64,000 nt of DNA from Myxococcota bacterium (GCA_963676915.2 CAXXVK010000060.1:1-64000), one strand, 5' to 3'; counted from the first letter of the stretch, positions 1 through 9,780 are shown. The notes: generated from the sequence alone by a model not told the origin. Made by a program: numbers and translations.

Positions 1-1724
1 GCGCATGATCGGTCCCAATTGCCTGGGTGTGGTGACGCAGGGAAACGGATTTTGCACGCCGTTCGCCCGTTTGCGCCAATTACCGAAACGGGGCGACCTT
101 TCCTGTTCAGCCAATCCGGCGGAGTCGGCTTGTCTCTACTCGTCAACCTGATGCAGCAGAACGTCGGATTGAGCAAGTTCTGCTCGTATGGCAACGCCCT
201 GGGACATCAAGGAAACCGATATCTTCGACTACTATTCCGACGATAAAGAAACCGGGATGATCGGTGGATATCTCGAAGGAATCAGCCGGGGGCGGGAGTT
301 CATCGAACGAGCCAGTTGCAGCAACAAACCTGTCGTGGCGATCAAAAGCAATGTTTGCGAAACCACAACGAAAAATCGCGGGCAGCCATTCGGCCTCGAT
401 GACCGATGACGACCGCATCGTGGAGGCGGCTTTCCGACAGGCCGGAATTCTGCGCGTACGCCAGGAAAAAGAAATGGTGCAGGCGCTGGCGCAACTGACG
501 CTTCCCCCGATGCGCGGACGCAATCTGGCGATCATTTCCCGCAGCGGCGGTCATGCCGTGATGGCGGCGGACCAGGCGGCGCAGTTTCGGTTTCAAACTT
601 CCGCCTTTCGGGGAAGGATTTTTCGAAAGACTGGGTCACTATTTCAAGAATTCGGTCATCAAACTGCAAAATCCGCTGGATTACGGACAGATTTACTATA
701 CGCCGTATATTGCCGGAATCCTTGAAGAAACCCTGCGGCTGGACCACATCGACGGGGTGGTATTGATCCACATCTACCGTTCGGAGGACGAATTCGAATC
801 GGCCCACCAGCTTTTGGGACGCCTGCGCCCTTGATGGAGCAGTACCAAAAACCGATTTCCGTGGTTTTGCACACGATTCCCACCGAAAGTCTGAACGTCA
901 AGAGCCTGTTCGATCTTCCGTTGTACGATTCCAATTTCGAGGGCATCCGTGCCTTGGCCAATGCCCGCGAGGCTCATGAACTGATGACCAACCGCAGTCC
1001 CCTGCCGCCCGCCGAGGCGGAATTGCCCGAAAGCGCAAGGCAAGCGGTGGAGGTTCTGTTCGAGCAAGGCGATGTTCCGACGGTGGACCGCTGCCTCGAT
1101 CTCGTCGAAGCGTTGGGGCTTCAGGTTCCTCCCCATGACTCTGCACGAAACGGGCAGGATTTGACACGAGCCATGGAGCGGGTGGGCGAACCCGTGGCCT
1201 TGAAACTGGTTCATCGCGATTTCTCCCACAAATCGGAAAAAGGCGGTGTGCGTCTGGATGTGACCGCCGAAACGATTCTGGAAAACTGGGAAGATTTGCA
1301 GCAGGTTGCGCAGGATCAGGGATTGACAGACGACACGCCCCTTCCGGTGCTGGTACAGGCTATGGCCAAAAGAGGAATCGAGTTCATCGTGGGTGGCAAA
1401 CGCGATCCGAATTTCGGCCCGGTGGTGTTGTGCGGTCTTGGCGGGATTCATACCGAATTGTTCGAAGATTTCGCCCTCCGGCTTGCTCCGGTAACCGAAG
1501 AACAGGCCCGCGAGATGCTCGACGAGTTCCATCTTGGAAAACGGCTCGACGGTCCGGGCCATTTACCAGCGGCGGATAAAAACGAGTTGAGTCGGGTCAT
1601 CGCCACTGTCAGTCGCCTGCTTTGCGCGGTACCGGAAATCGCCGAAATCGATCTGAACCCGGTGATCGTCTATCCCGAAGGGGAAGGGGCAATGGTCGTC
1701 GATTCAAGGATTTTCAAGGGATGA
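1..1724 (+). pseudogene. ADP-forming acyl-CoA synthetase (acetate--CoA ligase family; CoA-binding + ATP-grasp), 5'-truncated by the window edge and frameshifted
   Basis: Motifs RMIGPNCLG, SQSGG, GNALD, SHSASM, SRSGGH, NPLD, GGKRDPNFGPVV.CGLGG and EIDLNP are spread over successive frames. Five single-base indels fall in homopolymers (~100, 201-203, 371-375, 585-587, 828-830). Probably sequencing errors rather than true decay. Confidence 0.8.
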
Positions 1725-1748
1725 ACGCCACTTCATTACGGATCAAAT

Positions 1749-1821
1749 GTAGGTCGGGTGATTTCACCCGACACAGGAAAATATTTTCGAAAACTGTCGG
1801 GTGAAAAATCACCCGACCTAC
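1749..1821. repeat. REP doublet (REPIN-like), GTAG family A
   Basis: GTAGGTCGGGTGATTTCACCCGACA followed after a spacer by the inverted copy TGTCGGGTGAAAAATCACCCGACCTAC; each unit is GTAG plus a palindrome. Confidence 0.8.
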
Positions 1822-2074
1822 GATTATTCATCAAAAGGTCATTCGGATTTCTGTCCATCTGAAATTCAAAGAGAGATGGAATTTTACGTTTTAAGGGAAT
1901 GGATTGGTCCTACATGGTGTTAACAACGTCGAGGAAACCCCTTTGCCGGGACAATCCAGCTATGATAGACACAGCCTCGACCCGAGGAAATGGACCGAGC
2001 GCAAACGCTTGGATTCGTTGGGAGATCGCCCGCCGATTCCGGCACGTTGCGCATAACGAGCCAAAGGAGAAACG

Positions 2075-3109
2075 ATGATGAGATGGAACAGGATGCCGAT
2101 TTTTCTCGTTGCGCTGATCGCCATGGTCGCAGCAGGTTGCGGCGGCCCTGAAAAAACCGAAGACCAGACCACATCCAAGGCTGCTCCAGCGGCCAAAGCC
2201 ACCGGAAACGTTGTGGCTACCGTCAACGGTTCTCCGATTTCGATGGACGAGTACAAGGACCGGATGGAGCGGCAATCGCCTTACGTGCGCGGACGCTACA
2301 ACACCTTGGAACGCAAGGAAGAATTCCTTTCGAACATGATTCGTTTCGAGTTGCTGGCCCAGGAAGCCAAAAACCGTGGATTGGACAAAGATCCTGAGGT
2401 GTTGCGTGCGGCCAAGCAGGTGATGATTCAAAAACTCACCCGCGAACAATTCGACGAAAAAATGGACCGAAACGATATTCCCGAAGAGGATATCCGTAAG
2501 TATTACGGAGAACATCTGAACGAATACGTTCGTCCCGGAATGGTGCGCGCCAGCCAGATTCTCATCAAAATCGATCCGAAAGCCACCCAAAAGGACATCG
2601 ACGCCGCCAAAAAGCGGGCGTTGAAAATTTACAAAGAGGTTCAGAAAAACGCGGCGGATATCAGCTCGTTCCGCAAACTTGCCAAACAATACAGCGAAGA
2701 TGCCGCCACCAAGAACCGGGGTGGTGATATGGGCTATTTCGCCCGTACCGAAGAAGGCGGACCGCTGCCAAGCGAACTGTCCAACGCCGTGTGGAAACTC
2801 AAGGAAATCAATGACATCGCTCCGCTTGTGAAAACCGATAAAGGATTTCACATCGTACGCCTGACCGGAAAACGCCAGCCGGTGGAACGTACGCTGGAAC
2901 AGGTTCGCAGCCAGATCCGCAGCCGCCTGTTCAAAGAAAAACGCACGGAGAAATTCGATGCTTTCGTAGCCAATCTGAAGAACGGCGCGTCCATCGATGT
3001 GAACCGGGAATTGCTCGAAAGCTACGATCCCGCCGAGCAACCGGGCCGTACCGAAGCACCGAAGAAAATGCCTGAAAATGCTAAGAAATTAGCTCCGGCG
3101 CAAAAATAA
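2075..3109 (+). CDS. Parvulin-type peptidyl-prolyl isomerase lipoprotein (PrsA/SurA-like)
   Basis: Lipobox AAGC, VATVNG N-domain, parvulin motifs VRASQILI, FRKLAKQYSED, GGDMGYF, GFHIV; AAGGAG RBS. Confidence 0.9.
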   Translation: MMRWNRMPIFLVALIAMVAAGCGGPEKTEDQTTSKAAPAAKATGNVVATVNGSPISMDEYKDRMERQSPYVRGRYNTLERKEEFLSNMIRFELLAQEAKNRGLDKDPEVLRAAKQVMIQKLTREQFDEKMDRNDIPEEDIRKYYGEHLNEYVRPGMVRASQILIKIDPKATQKDIDAAKKRALKIYKEVQKNAADISSFRKLAKQYSEDAATKNRGGDMGYFARTEEGGPLPSELSNAVWKLKEINDIAPLVKTDKGFHIVRLTGKRQPVERTLEQVRSQIRSRLFKEKRTEKFDAFVANLKNGASIDVNRELLESYDPAEQPGRTEAPKKMPENAKKLAPAQK

Positions 3110-3129
3110 CAAAGGACGCATCAAGCCTC

Positions 3130-4176
3130 GTGTCTCTCCTTTTTCCATCGGTTGTCCGAACCCGTTTCCCGAAAACGTCTCCCAGGCGAAGTCGGGGATT
3201 TGTGTCGGGAACGATGGTTGCGATGTTGGTGATTCTCGCGCTGGCTTGCGATGATCCCCCGCCCGAAACACCCTCTGCCTGGGCCTGGATCGGATCGCAA
3301 CCGCTGACGTTCGGCCTGCTCGACGAAGAGAAGAAAATGCTATCCGACGATCTGGCCGGAACGGAAATCACCGCCGAGGAAAACAAGAGGCTTCAAAAGG
3401 AGTTGATGCAAAGGATCGTCGAGCGGACCTTGCTGGTCAAGGAAGCACAGAGACGGGGTGTGGCCCTTGCCGATCACGAATTCGATGCCGCGCTGGCCGA
3501 ATTGACCGCCGGGTTGCCCAAAGAAGACCTGCTTCAGCGAATGAACGACCCGGACTGGGCCGAAGGTCGGGCCGGACGAAGACTGAAAGAAAACCTGCTG
3601 GTCGAAAAACTGTTTCGGGACGAAATCTATCCCCGGATTCTGGTGTCGGACAAAGAGATCGAAGACGTTTACGCCAAAGAACCGGAGCGCTTCGTTCGAC
3701 CCGAAAGACTGCGGGTGCGGCAGATCGTCACGACCAAGGAAGAAGAGGCGGAAAAAGCCTATCGTGCGATTCGCAGAGGAGAAACGACCTTCGCCGAAGC
3801 CGCCAAGCAATATTCCGTCGCACCGGAAAAAGAGCGCGGCGGCGACCTGGGTTGGGTCGAACGCGGACAATTTCCCGAAGCGCTGGAGCAATTGCTGTTC
3901 GAGCAGCGAGTGGGACGCTTGAGCCGGGTCACGAAAAGCCCGTTCGGCTATCATCTGTTCATGGTTTCGGCCAAAAAACCCAAAGAAACCCTGTCCTTGG
4001 AGCAGGTTCGCGGGAAAATCAAAACCATGCTTTACGAACGAAAAAAGCAACAGGCCGAGCGAAAACTGCTCGAACAGGCCAAAGCCACGTTTCAGTTTCG
4101 CTGGAACGACGCCTGGAAGCCTTCTTCTTCCCCTTTACCCGATGAGGAAGAACTACCGCCGGAAGGATTGCAATGA
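3130..4176 (+). CDS. Parvulin-type PPIase with SurA-like N-domain (start may be ATG 3214)
   Basis: FAEAAKQYS, RGGDLGWV, KSPFGYHLF; lipobox-like LALAC. Confidence 0.85.
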   Translation: MSLLFPSVVRTRFPKTSPRRSRGFVSGTMVAMLVILALACDDPPPETPSAWAWIGSQPLTFGLLDEEKKMLSDDLAGTEITAEENKRLQKELMQRIVERTLLVKEAQRRGVALADHEFDAALAELTAGLPKEDLLQRMNDPDWAEGRAGRRLKENLLVEKLFRDEIYPRILVSDKEIEDVYAKEPERFVRPERLRVRQIVTTKEEEAEKAYRAIRRGETTFAEAAKQYSVAPEKERGGDLGWVERGQFPEALEQLLFEQRVGRLSRVTKSPFGYHLFMVSAKKPKETLSLEQVRGKIKTMLYERKKQQAERKLLEQAKATFQFRWNDAWKPSSSPLPDEEELPPEGLQ

Positions 4177-5222
4177 AAGCCCTTGTTTGGTTCCCGCTGG
4201 TCGTCGGACTGCTGTTTCCGACCCTCGTTCATGCCGAAAGCGAGTTGATCGAGCGCGTTGCCGCCGTGGTCAACGACGATATCATCCTGCTGTCCGAGGT
4301 TCGTGAGGCTGCCGTAGTTTTCGAGGGTCGTTTGAGCAACGTCACCGATCCGGTGGAACGTGAAAAAAAATATCGGGAAATCCTCGATATCGCGTTGGAG
4401 CGGATGATCGAAGAACGCCTCTTGGAACAGCAGATCGAGGAATTGAAATACACGGTAGGTGAGGCGGAAGTGGATGCCAACATCCGCCAGATCATGGATA
4501 AAAACAACATTCCCGATATCGAAACCTTCAAGGAAGTCCTGCGTCGCCAGGGAATCAACTGGCGGGAGTACCGCAAGCAGGTCAAACAACAGATCAAGCG
4601 CTGGCAGTTCATCAGCGCCAAAGTCGGCGGAAAGGTCAAGGTTTCGGACGAGGACGTTTTGCGGGAATACCAAAAAAGCCAAAGCCAGTTCCACAAGGAA
4701 TACGAATATCATCCCCGGCACATTCTGTTCAAAGTGCCTGCCGATCAGGACGCCGCGTTCGAGCGCAAGATCGTGGATCGCCTCAACCAGTTGCGGCGAC
4801 AAATCCTCGCTGGAGAGGATTTCGGGGACGTGGCAAAAAAATACTCCCAGGGACCGACTGCCACCCACGGCGGAGACCTCGGTTGGGTGCGGGCGGGTGT
4901 CACCGTTCCGGAATTCGATAAAGTGATTCAGCAATTGAAGGTATCGGAAATTTCCGAGGTGATCCGAACCCGCTTCGGCTACCACCTGATTCAGCTTATC
5001 GAACGGCGCGAGTTGCCCGGGCAAGCGTTCGAGGATGTGAAAGAATCGATCCGCAACCGCCTACAGGAAGAAGAAAGCGACCGGCAGATGAAAGCCTGGA
5101 TACGCTCGGTGCGCAACAAGTCCTACGTACGGATCATGCTCGACGACGAACCGGCCTACCCGGAAAAACTGATGAAGCAGCAGACTGAAGAAGCCGAAAA
5201 AGCGAAGGAAGAAGAGAAATGA
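4173..5222 (+). CDS. surA: SurA-like periplasmic chaperone/PPIase
   Basis: Signal peptide, IERVAAVVNDDIILLSE, HILF, GGDLGWV, TRFGYHLI; ATGA-coupled to pdxA as in the classic surA-pdxA arrangement. Confidence 0.85.
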   Translation: MKALVWFPLVVGLLFPTLVHAESELIERVAAVVNDDIILLSEVREAAVVFEGRLSNVTDPVEREKKYREILDIALERMIEERLLEQQIEELKYTVGEAEVDANIRQIMDKNNIPDIETFKEVLRRQGINWREYRKQVKQQIKRWQFISAKVGGKVKVSDEDVLREYQKSQSQFHKEYEYHPRHILFKVPADQDAAFERKIVDRLNQLRRQILAGEDFGDVAKKYSQGPTATHGGDLGWVRAGVTVPEFDKVIQQLKVSEISEVIRTRFGYHLIQLIERRELPGQAFEDVKESIRNRLQEEESDRQMKAWIRSVRNKSYVRIMLDDEPAYPEKLMKQQTEEAEKAKEEEK

Positions 5223-6241
5223 AGCCAACCCGACCGATCGTAGCGATTACCATGGGCGATCCGGCGGGAATCGGCCCGGAGTTGATTGTCAACACCCTGC
5301 ATCTTCATGCCGTCCAGCAAGCCTGTACGCCGCTCGTGCTGGGTGACCTTGGCGTGCTGAAAAAAGCCCGGCGAGAAACGGGCGTTTCGTTGCAATTTCA
5401 CAGTGTCGGGGACTCCTTCGACCTCGATCCCTCAGCCTGCAACGTGATGAATCTCTCGACCATCGACCTCGACCTTCACCGTTGGGGGAAGCCCCGCACG
5501 GATCAGGGATTGCTTAGTGCGTTCTACTCGGTCAAAGCCGCCGAGTTGATGCGAAAAGAAGCTATCGGCGCACTGGTTACCTGCCCTATCGACAAAAAAA
5601 GCCTGCATCACGCCGGGTACGATTATCCCGGAAACACCGAATTGCTGCTCCAGCAGACCGACAGCCGCGAGGCGTTCGTGCTGCTCGCCGGGGAAACCTT
5701 GAAAATCATGCAGACCACGGCCCACCTTCCGCTTTCGGATGTGGGCGCATCCCTGAAGCCGGGGCGGATTTCGCGCTGTATCCGCATGGCGGCTCAAGCG
5801 CTGAAAAAAGATTTCGACACTCCCCACCCCAGGATCGGGGTTTGCGGCGTTAATCCCCACGCCGGGATGAACGGTTTTCTGGGACGCGAGGAACTCGACA
5901 TCATCCGGCCCGCCATCGAGGCTGTAAAAACCGCAGACGGTTTGGATGTGGAAGGACCGCTTCCGGCGGACGAACTGTTTAGTAAAGCGATGGAAGGCCG
6001 CTTCGATCTCGTGGTGACCATGTATCACGACCAGGGCTTTTTGCCGTTCCACCTGATGGAAAAAGACCAGGGAATCAACGTGACTTACGGAATGCCGGTC
6101 GTCAAAGCCAGTACCGGTCACGAACCCCATTACGACATTGCGGGTCAGGGGAAGGCAGACGTCACGATGTTCCGCAAGGCGGTACTGAAAGCGGCGCGCA
6201 TCGCTTCCCATCCGGCGTGGTGGCGTATCATCGAAGCCTAA
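5219..6241 (+). CDS. pdxA: 4-hydroxythreonine-4-phosphate dehydrogenase (PdxA family, divergent active site)
   Basis: TMGDPAGIGPE, HLPL, NPHAG, GPLPAD, MYHDQG, DIAGQGKAD. Confidence 0.85.
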   Translation: MKPTRPIVAITMGDPAGIGPELIVNTLHLHAVQQACTPLVLGDLGVLKKARRETGVSLQFHSVGDSFDLDPSACNVMNLSTIDLDLHRWGKPRTDQGLLSAFYSVKAAELMRKEAIGALVTCPIDKKSLHHAGYDYPGNTELLLQQTDSREAFVLLAGETLKIMQTTAHLPLSDVGASLKPGRISRCIRMAAQALKKDFDTPHPRIGVCGVNPHAGMNGFLGREELDIIRPAIEAVKTADGLDVEGPLPADELFSKAMEGRFDLVVTMYHDQGFLPFHLMEKDQGINVTYGMPVVKASTGHEPHYDIAGQGKADVTMFRKAVLKAARIASHPAWWRIIEA

Positions 6242-6277
6242 CCCGCATCGTCAGATTCCTGCTGCAATCAAATAACT

Positions 6278-7591
6278 TTAGTCCTTCCAGCGGTTCAGAT
6301 AGGTTTCGACTTGGCGAACGGCGAGGTCGAATTCGTCGGGATGTATCGACAACGCCACCGGATACGGCTTCTTGTCGAAATCTTTTACCGAAGCTTTCCA
6401 TCCTCCACCGGTAAGATGCACGACGATGCTATCGTTTTTATTCACCGTGCCGTTTTCCACCGCCTGAAGCAACCCCGCCATGGCGACACCCGCTTCCGGG
6501 AAGGGATCGCATCCGGGGATTTTCTTCAATAATTCACATCCGTTACGTGCTTCTTCATTGGTGGCGGCCAGCAACTCTCCACCGCTTTTCGTCACGACAT
6601 CGAACACACCACCCGCAACACCGTATGGAGGTGCTGCGTTGGCCAGTACGTTCGAAAACGTCCGGCTCAAGCGATCGAGAACATCGCTTCGGTCCATGTG
6701 CCGAACCTCGCGCCGTCCCTCCTTCCAGGCATCCACCATCGGCGTGAACGGCGTATTCTGCACGAGGTGCAGATGCATCGGTCCACCGGACCATCCGCCT
6801 CGACAAAGACGCTCCGCTGCTTCGAAGGCTGCGATACCTCCGGTTCCGCTCCCCACGGCCTGAAAATAATGGTCGGGTATTCCACCCATCGCCTGAGCCG
6901 CCCTCAATACAGGAACACCCATGGCGTCACGCCGGGCGACGTTCCAGGCCCCGCCTTCCCGCACCAGCCGGTCCTTGAAGTGCTCCTGCAGGCGTCCCAC
7001 CAAAGCGATGGCGTCGGGATAGGCCGAGTCTTTGAGCAGAATCAGCATCGGTCCGTGTTCCGTCGTACAGGGACAGGTCATCATCTGGTTTCTAGCGGAT
7101 TCCGGCACCACCACGACGGCGGGTATTTGAGCCCTTGCACCCATTTCCAGGGCTGCGACACCGGCGTTTCCCGCCGAACTGAGAATCAATGTCTTACCGC
7201 TTCGTTCCAAGACGCGCATCATCACACCGGTGGCTTCGAGCATTTTGAACGTACAGCTCGTCAAACAGGCTTCCTGTCGGGGAAAATAGCCGCAAAGCAG
7301 CAGCCACAAGTCGTTCAAGCCCAGTTCTCGACCCAGTTCGTCCGCTCGGATACAACGAAGCGTCATCGGAATATCCAAAGATCCATCGAAGGGCAGCCAG
7401 TCTCGGTACGAAAAGAAATCCTCTGGATTTCCGGCAAGTTCCAGCGTTTGTTGATCGTATCGGGTTTGCAAAAACGCACTTGGTCCGCAATGCGGGCAAT
7501 GTATTTCGTGGCGGTCTTCGCGGGTTTCCCAACCGCATTGCACACAAACCAGACGGTATCGGCCCGCTTGGGCAGGAGATAGTTTGGTCAT
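6278..7591 (-). CDS. Cysteate synthase (PLP-dependent, threonine-synthase-like fold)
   Basis: N-terminal CxxC..CxxC, TSCTFKMLEA (PLP Lys), SSAGNAG, EGGAWNVARRDAMG, PDHYFQAVGSGTGGIA, QNTPFTPM..AW, PPYGVAGG, TGGG; these match the cysteate synthase subfamily rather than ThrC. Confidence 0.85.
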   Translation of the reverse strand: MTKLSPAQAGRYRLVCVQCGWETREDRHEIHCPHCGPSAFLQTRYDQQTLELAGNPEDFFSYRDWLPFDGSLDIPMTLRCIRADELGRELGLNDLWLLLCGYFPRQEACLTSCTFKMLEATGVMMRVLERSGKTLILSSAGNAGVAALEMGARAQIPAVVVVPESARNQMMTCPCTTEHGPMLILLKDSAYPDAIALVGRLQEHFKDRLVREGGAWNVARRDAMGVPVLRAAQAMGGIPDHYFQAVGSGTGGIAAFEAAERLCRGGWSGGPMHLHLVQNTPFTPMVDAWKEGRREVRHMDRSDVLDRLSRTFSNVLANAAPPYGVAGGVFDVVTKSGGELLAATNEEARNGCELLKKIPGCDPFPEAGVAMAGLLQAVENGTVNKNDSIVVHLTGGGWKASVKDFDKKPYPVALSIHPDEFDLAVRQVETYLNRWKD

Positions 7592-7696
7592 CAGTCGTTG
7601 TTTTCCATGCTTGTTGCAGGTTTTCGCTTTATTATCCGACGAACGGAAAACCGGCAGTGTTTCTTTCGATTCTCCACCTCGCTCGGAAGAGACGAT

Positions 7697-7725
7697 ACCA
7701 TACCTTTTCGATTCTCGCCGGGCAA
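7697..7725 (-). promoter_or_regulatory. Putative sigma70 promoter of the cysteate synthase gene
   Basis: Minus strand TTGCCC-17 nt-TATGGT about 105 nt upstream of the ATG. Confidence 0.5.
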
Positions 7726-7788
7726 CCTTTTCGGATCATGGGAGGAAAGGGTATGTGTTTTTCTTAATTTTCCTGAATTCTGTAGGTA

Positions 7789-8247
7789 TCAGTGGTGGTA
7801 CGGTTCCCGTCTGATCACGGTGAAAGCCCGGTAGAGCTGTTCGATGAAAATCAGCCGTACCAACTGGTGAGGAAAGGTCAGGGGGGATAGCGCCCAGATC
7901 CAATCGGCACGGTCGCGTACGGCGTCCGATACTCCCCAGGCTCCACCGATGATAAAAGCCAGATCTTTGCCGCTCACCATGGCGTGTTCCACTTTGGCGG
8001 CAAATTTTCGCGTATCGGGAAGTTCGCCTTTTTCATCGAGCAACACCACGAATTCCCGCTCGTCCAGTCGGGACAACAGGCGTTTGCCTTCTTCTTCGCG
8101 CACCTGTTCCGGGCGTCCTTTCGATTCGTCGCGTACCACGCATTCTTCGATTCGGACGTAATGCCCCAGTCGTTTCCAATAAATATCGATTTCTTTTTTC
8201 AGGGCCGCGCTTTTGGTTTTTCCGACCAGAAACACCCGAATTTTCAT
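7789..8247 (-). CDS. rlmH: 23S rRNA (pseudouridine1915-N3)-methyltransferase
   Basis: LDEKG, FIIGGAWG, LSPLTFPHQLVRLIFIEQLYRA, C-terminal PYHH. Confidence 0.95.
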   Translation of the reverse strand: MKIRVFLVGKTKSAALKKEIDIYWKRLGHYVRIEECVVRDESKGRPEQVREEEGKRLLSRLDEREFVVLLDEKGELPDTRKFAAKVEHAMVSGKDLAFIIGGAWGVSDAVRDRADWIWALSPLTFPHQLVRLIFIEQLYRAFTVIRREPYHH

Positions 8248-8705
8248 GGGGTTTCGGTTTCCGCGTCGTCTTCTGTCTCGGGTTTCAGGAACATGGGTAG
8301 GGGTTTACCCAAGATTTGCGAACCTTCGCGAATCAGGGCTTCGCTGTCGATGGTTTCCGCATCCGACCACAGGCTGTCGAGGTCGTAGTAGTCACGAACG
8401 GGTTCGTAAAAAATGTTGAACACCACCGTAGCGAAGTCGATCAGAACCCAGTGCCGAAGCTGACCGCCCTCGACACCCATCGGTTTCTCATCCAACTCGC
8501 CCGCCACGGCCAGAATCGCTTCTTCGATCGCCCGGACCTGCCTGTCGGATCGCCCCTGGCAGACCACGATGTAATCGGAAAAAGCGCCTTGTCCCGCAAG
8601 GTTATAGATGATCAGCCGCTCGGCCTGTTTTTCGAACGCAGCGCGCACACCTGCTTCGAGCAGTCGAACGCTGTCCGGATGAATGCTGTCCCATATTTTC
8701 GTCAT
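8244..8705 (-). CDS. rsfS: Ribosome silencing factor (Iojap)
   Basis: EKQAE, DYIVVCQGRSDRQVRAI, VEG, WVLIDF, RDYYDLDSLW; overlaps the rlmH start. Confidence 0.93.
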   Translation of the reverse strand: MTKIWDSIHPDSVRLLEAGVRAAFEKQAERLIIYNLAGQGAFSDYIVVCQGRSDRQVRAIEEAILAVAGELDEKPMGVEGGQLRHWVLIDFATVVFNIFYEPVRDYYDLDSLWSDAETIDSEALIREGSQILGKPLPMFLKPETEDDAETETP

Positions 8706-8715
8706 GCTGTCTCTT

Positions 8716-9780
8716 TCAGCGCGTTCCCGTCCGCTGGTCTTGCGGCAGGGGTTCGGCCTTCTTTGGGGTTCCTGGGGGTGGGAGATGCACTTTCGATCCC
8801 TTCGGCAGGTGATCCAAAGCCTTGGGATCGGGTTTGTTACGCTTCATCGGCGGATCGTAAGGCGGTGCCTTGATTTCGACCGTCTTGCCGACATCAGTCA
8901 CCTGCATGGTGCCATGATAGGTGAACTGTACGCTTTTCTCGGATACTTCTTTTTCAGAGTTTTCGACAAATTTCTTGTTGACCGGCACGCGGTATTGTCC
9001 CTGAAAATCGTATTTGAGAATCACGGCGGTTTCCAGGTCGATCAACAATTCGCCCTCGGCGGAAACGAAGTCGGTGATTTTTTTCCGCTGGCGGTTGAGC
9101 AGCCGTTCGCTGGTGAAGGAACTCAAACGATACTGACTGGGATAGTTGAACGTGACTTCAATATCTTTCTCGGGCGTTTTTCCTGCCGGGTTCAACCCGA
9201 GGATCACCCGCCGCACTTTGCGGCCTTCGTAGGTGGACACGCCGCCGTCGGTAAAGGTCAGATGTCCCCGAAAATACTTGTAGAATCTCGACAGCGAGTT
9301 GGTCATTTTCTCGCGCCAGAACAAGTGTTTTCCAGTGGAGGTGGACATGCGGAATTTGGGCGAGGAACTGCGGTTGATCTGCTTGCCGTCCACCCAGTAC
9401 AGCTCGTAGGTTTTCGCTTTGTCGTTGAGCATCGCCACGCGGAAATCACCGTTTTTCGCCTGGTCGTATTCCTGTTCCTCATCCAACTGGACGTCTTCGT
9501 CGTCTCGTGTGATGGTGAACGAAAGCTTGGCTTTCATGCGACCGCTGCCCATGCGTTGGGCCATTTCTTCGGCAGACATGAGGATGATTTTCTGTAACTC
9601 TCCGCTATCGCTCGGAACTTTCGCCATATCGATGGCCTGCAACTCGGTTTTGCGCTCGGCCACCGTTTCGGTAATGTCTTTTTTCTGCGTGACGCGCTCG
9701 CGGGCTTCGTCTCCACCGGAATCGCAAGCTGCGAAAAGCACCAGCGTCATCAAACCCAGAAGGGGGATCAAGCCTTTCAT
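8716..9780 (-). CDS. Hypothetical lipoprotein (beta-rich, possibly LolA/LppX-like fold)
   Basis: AAGGAG RBS before ATG 9780, lipobox LFAAC, Lys/Pro-rich tail. The fold call is an inference. Confidence 0.65.
   Translation of the reverse strand: MKGLIPLLGLMTLVLFAACDSGGDEARERVTQKKDITETVAERKTELQAIDMAKVPSDSGELQKIILMSAEEMAQRMGSGRMKAKLSFTITRDDEDVQLDEEQEYDQAKNGDFRVAMLNDKAKTYELYWVDGKQINRSSSPKFRMSTSTGKHLFWREKMTNSLSRFYKYFRGHLTFTDGGVSTYEGRKVRRVILGLNPAGKTPEKDIEVTFNYPSQYRLSSFTSERLLNRQRKKITDFVSAEGELLIDLETAVILKYDFQGQYRVPVNKKFVENSEKEVSEKSVQFTYHGTMQVTDVGKTVEIKAPPYDPPMKRNKPDPKALDHLPKGSKVHLPPPGTPKKAEPLPQDQRTGTR

Noticed and set aside
6278-7591. Threonine synthase thrC
   Set aside because: It lacks the ThrC NPTGSFKDRG signature and carries cysteate-synthase-specific motifs instead.
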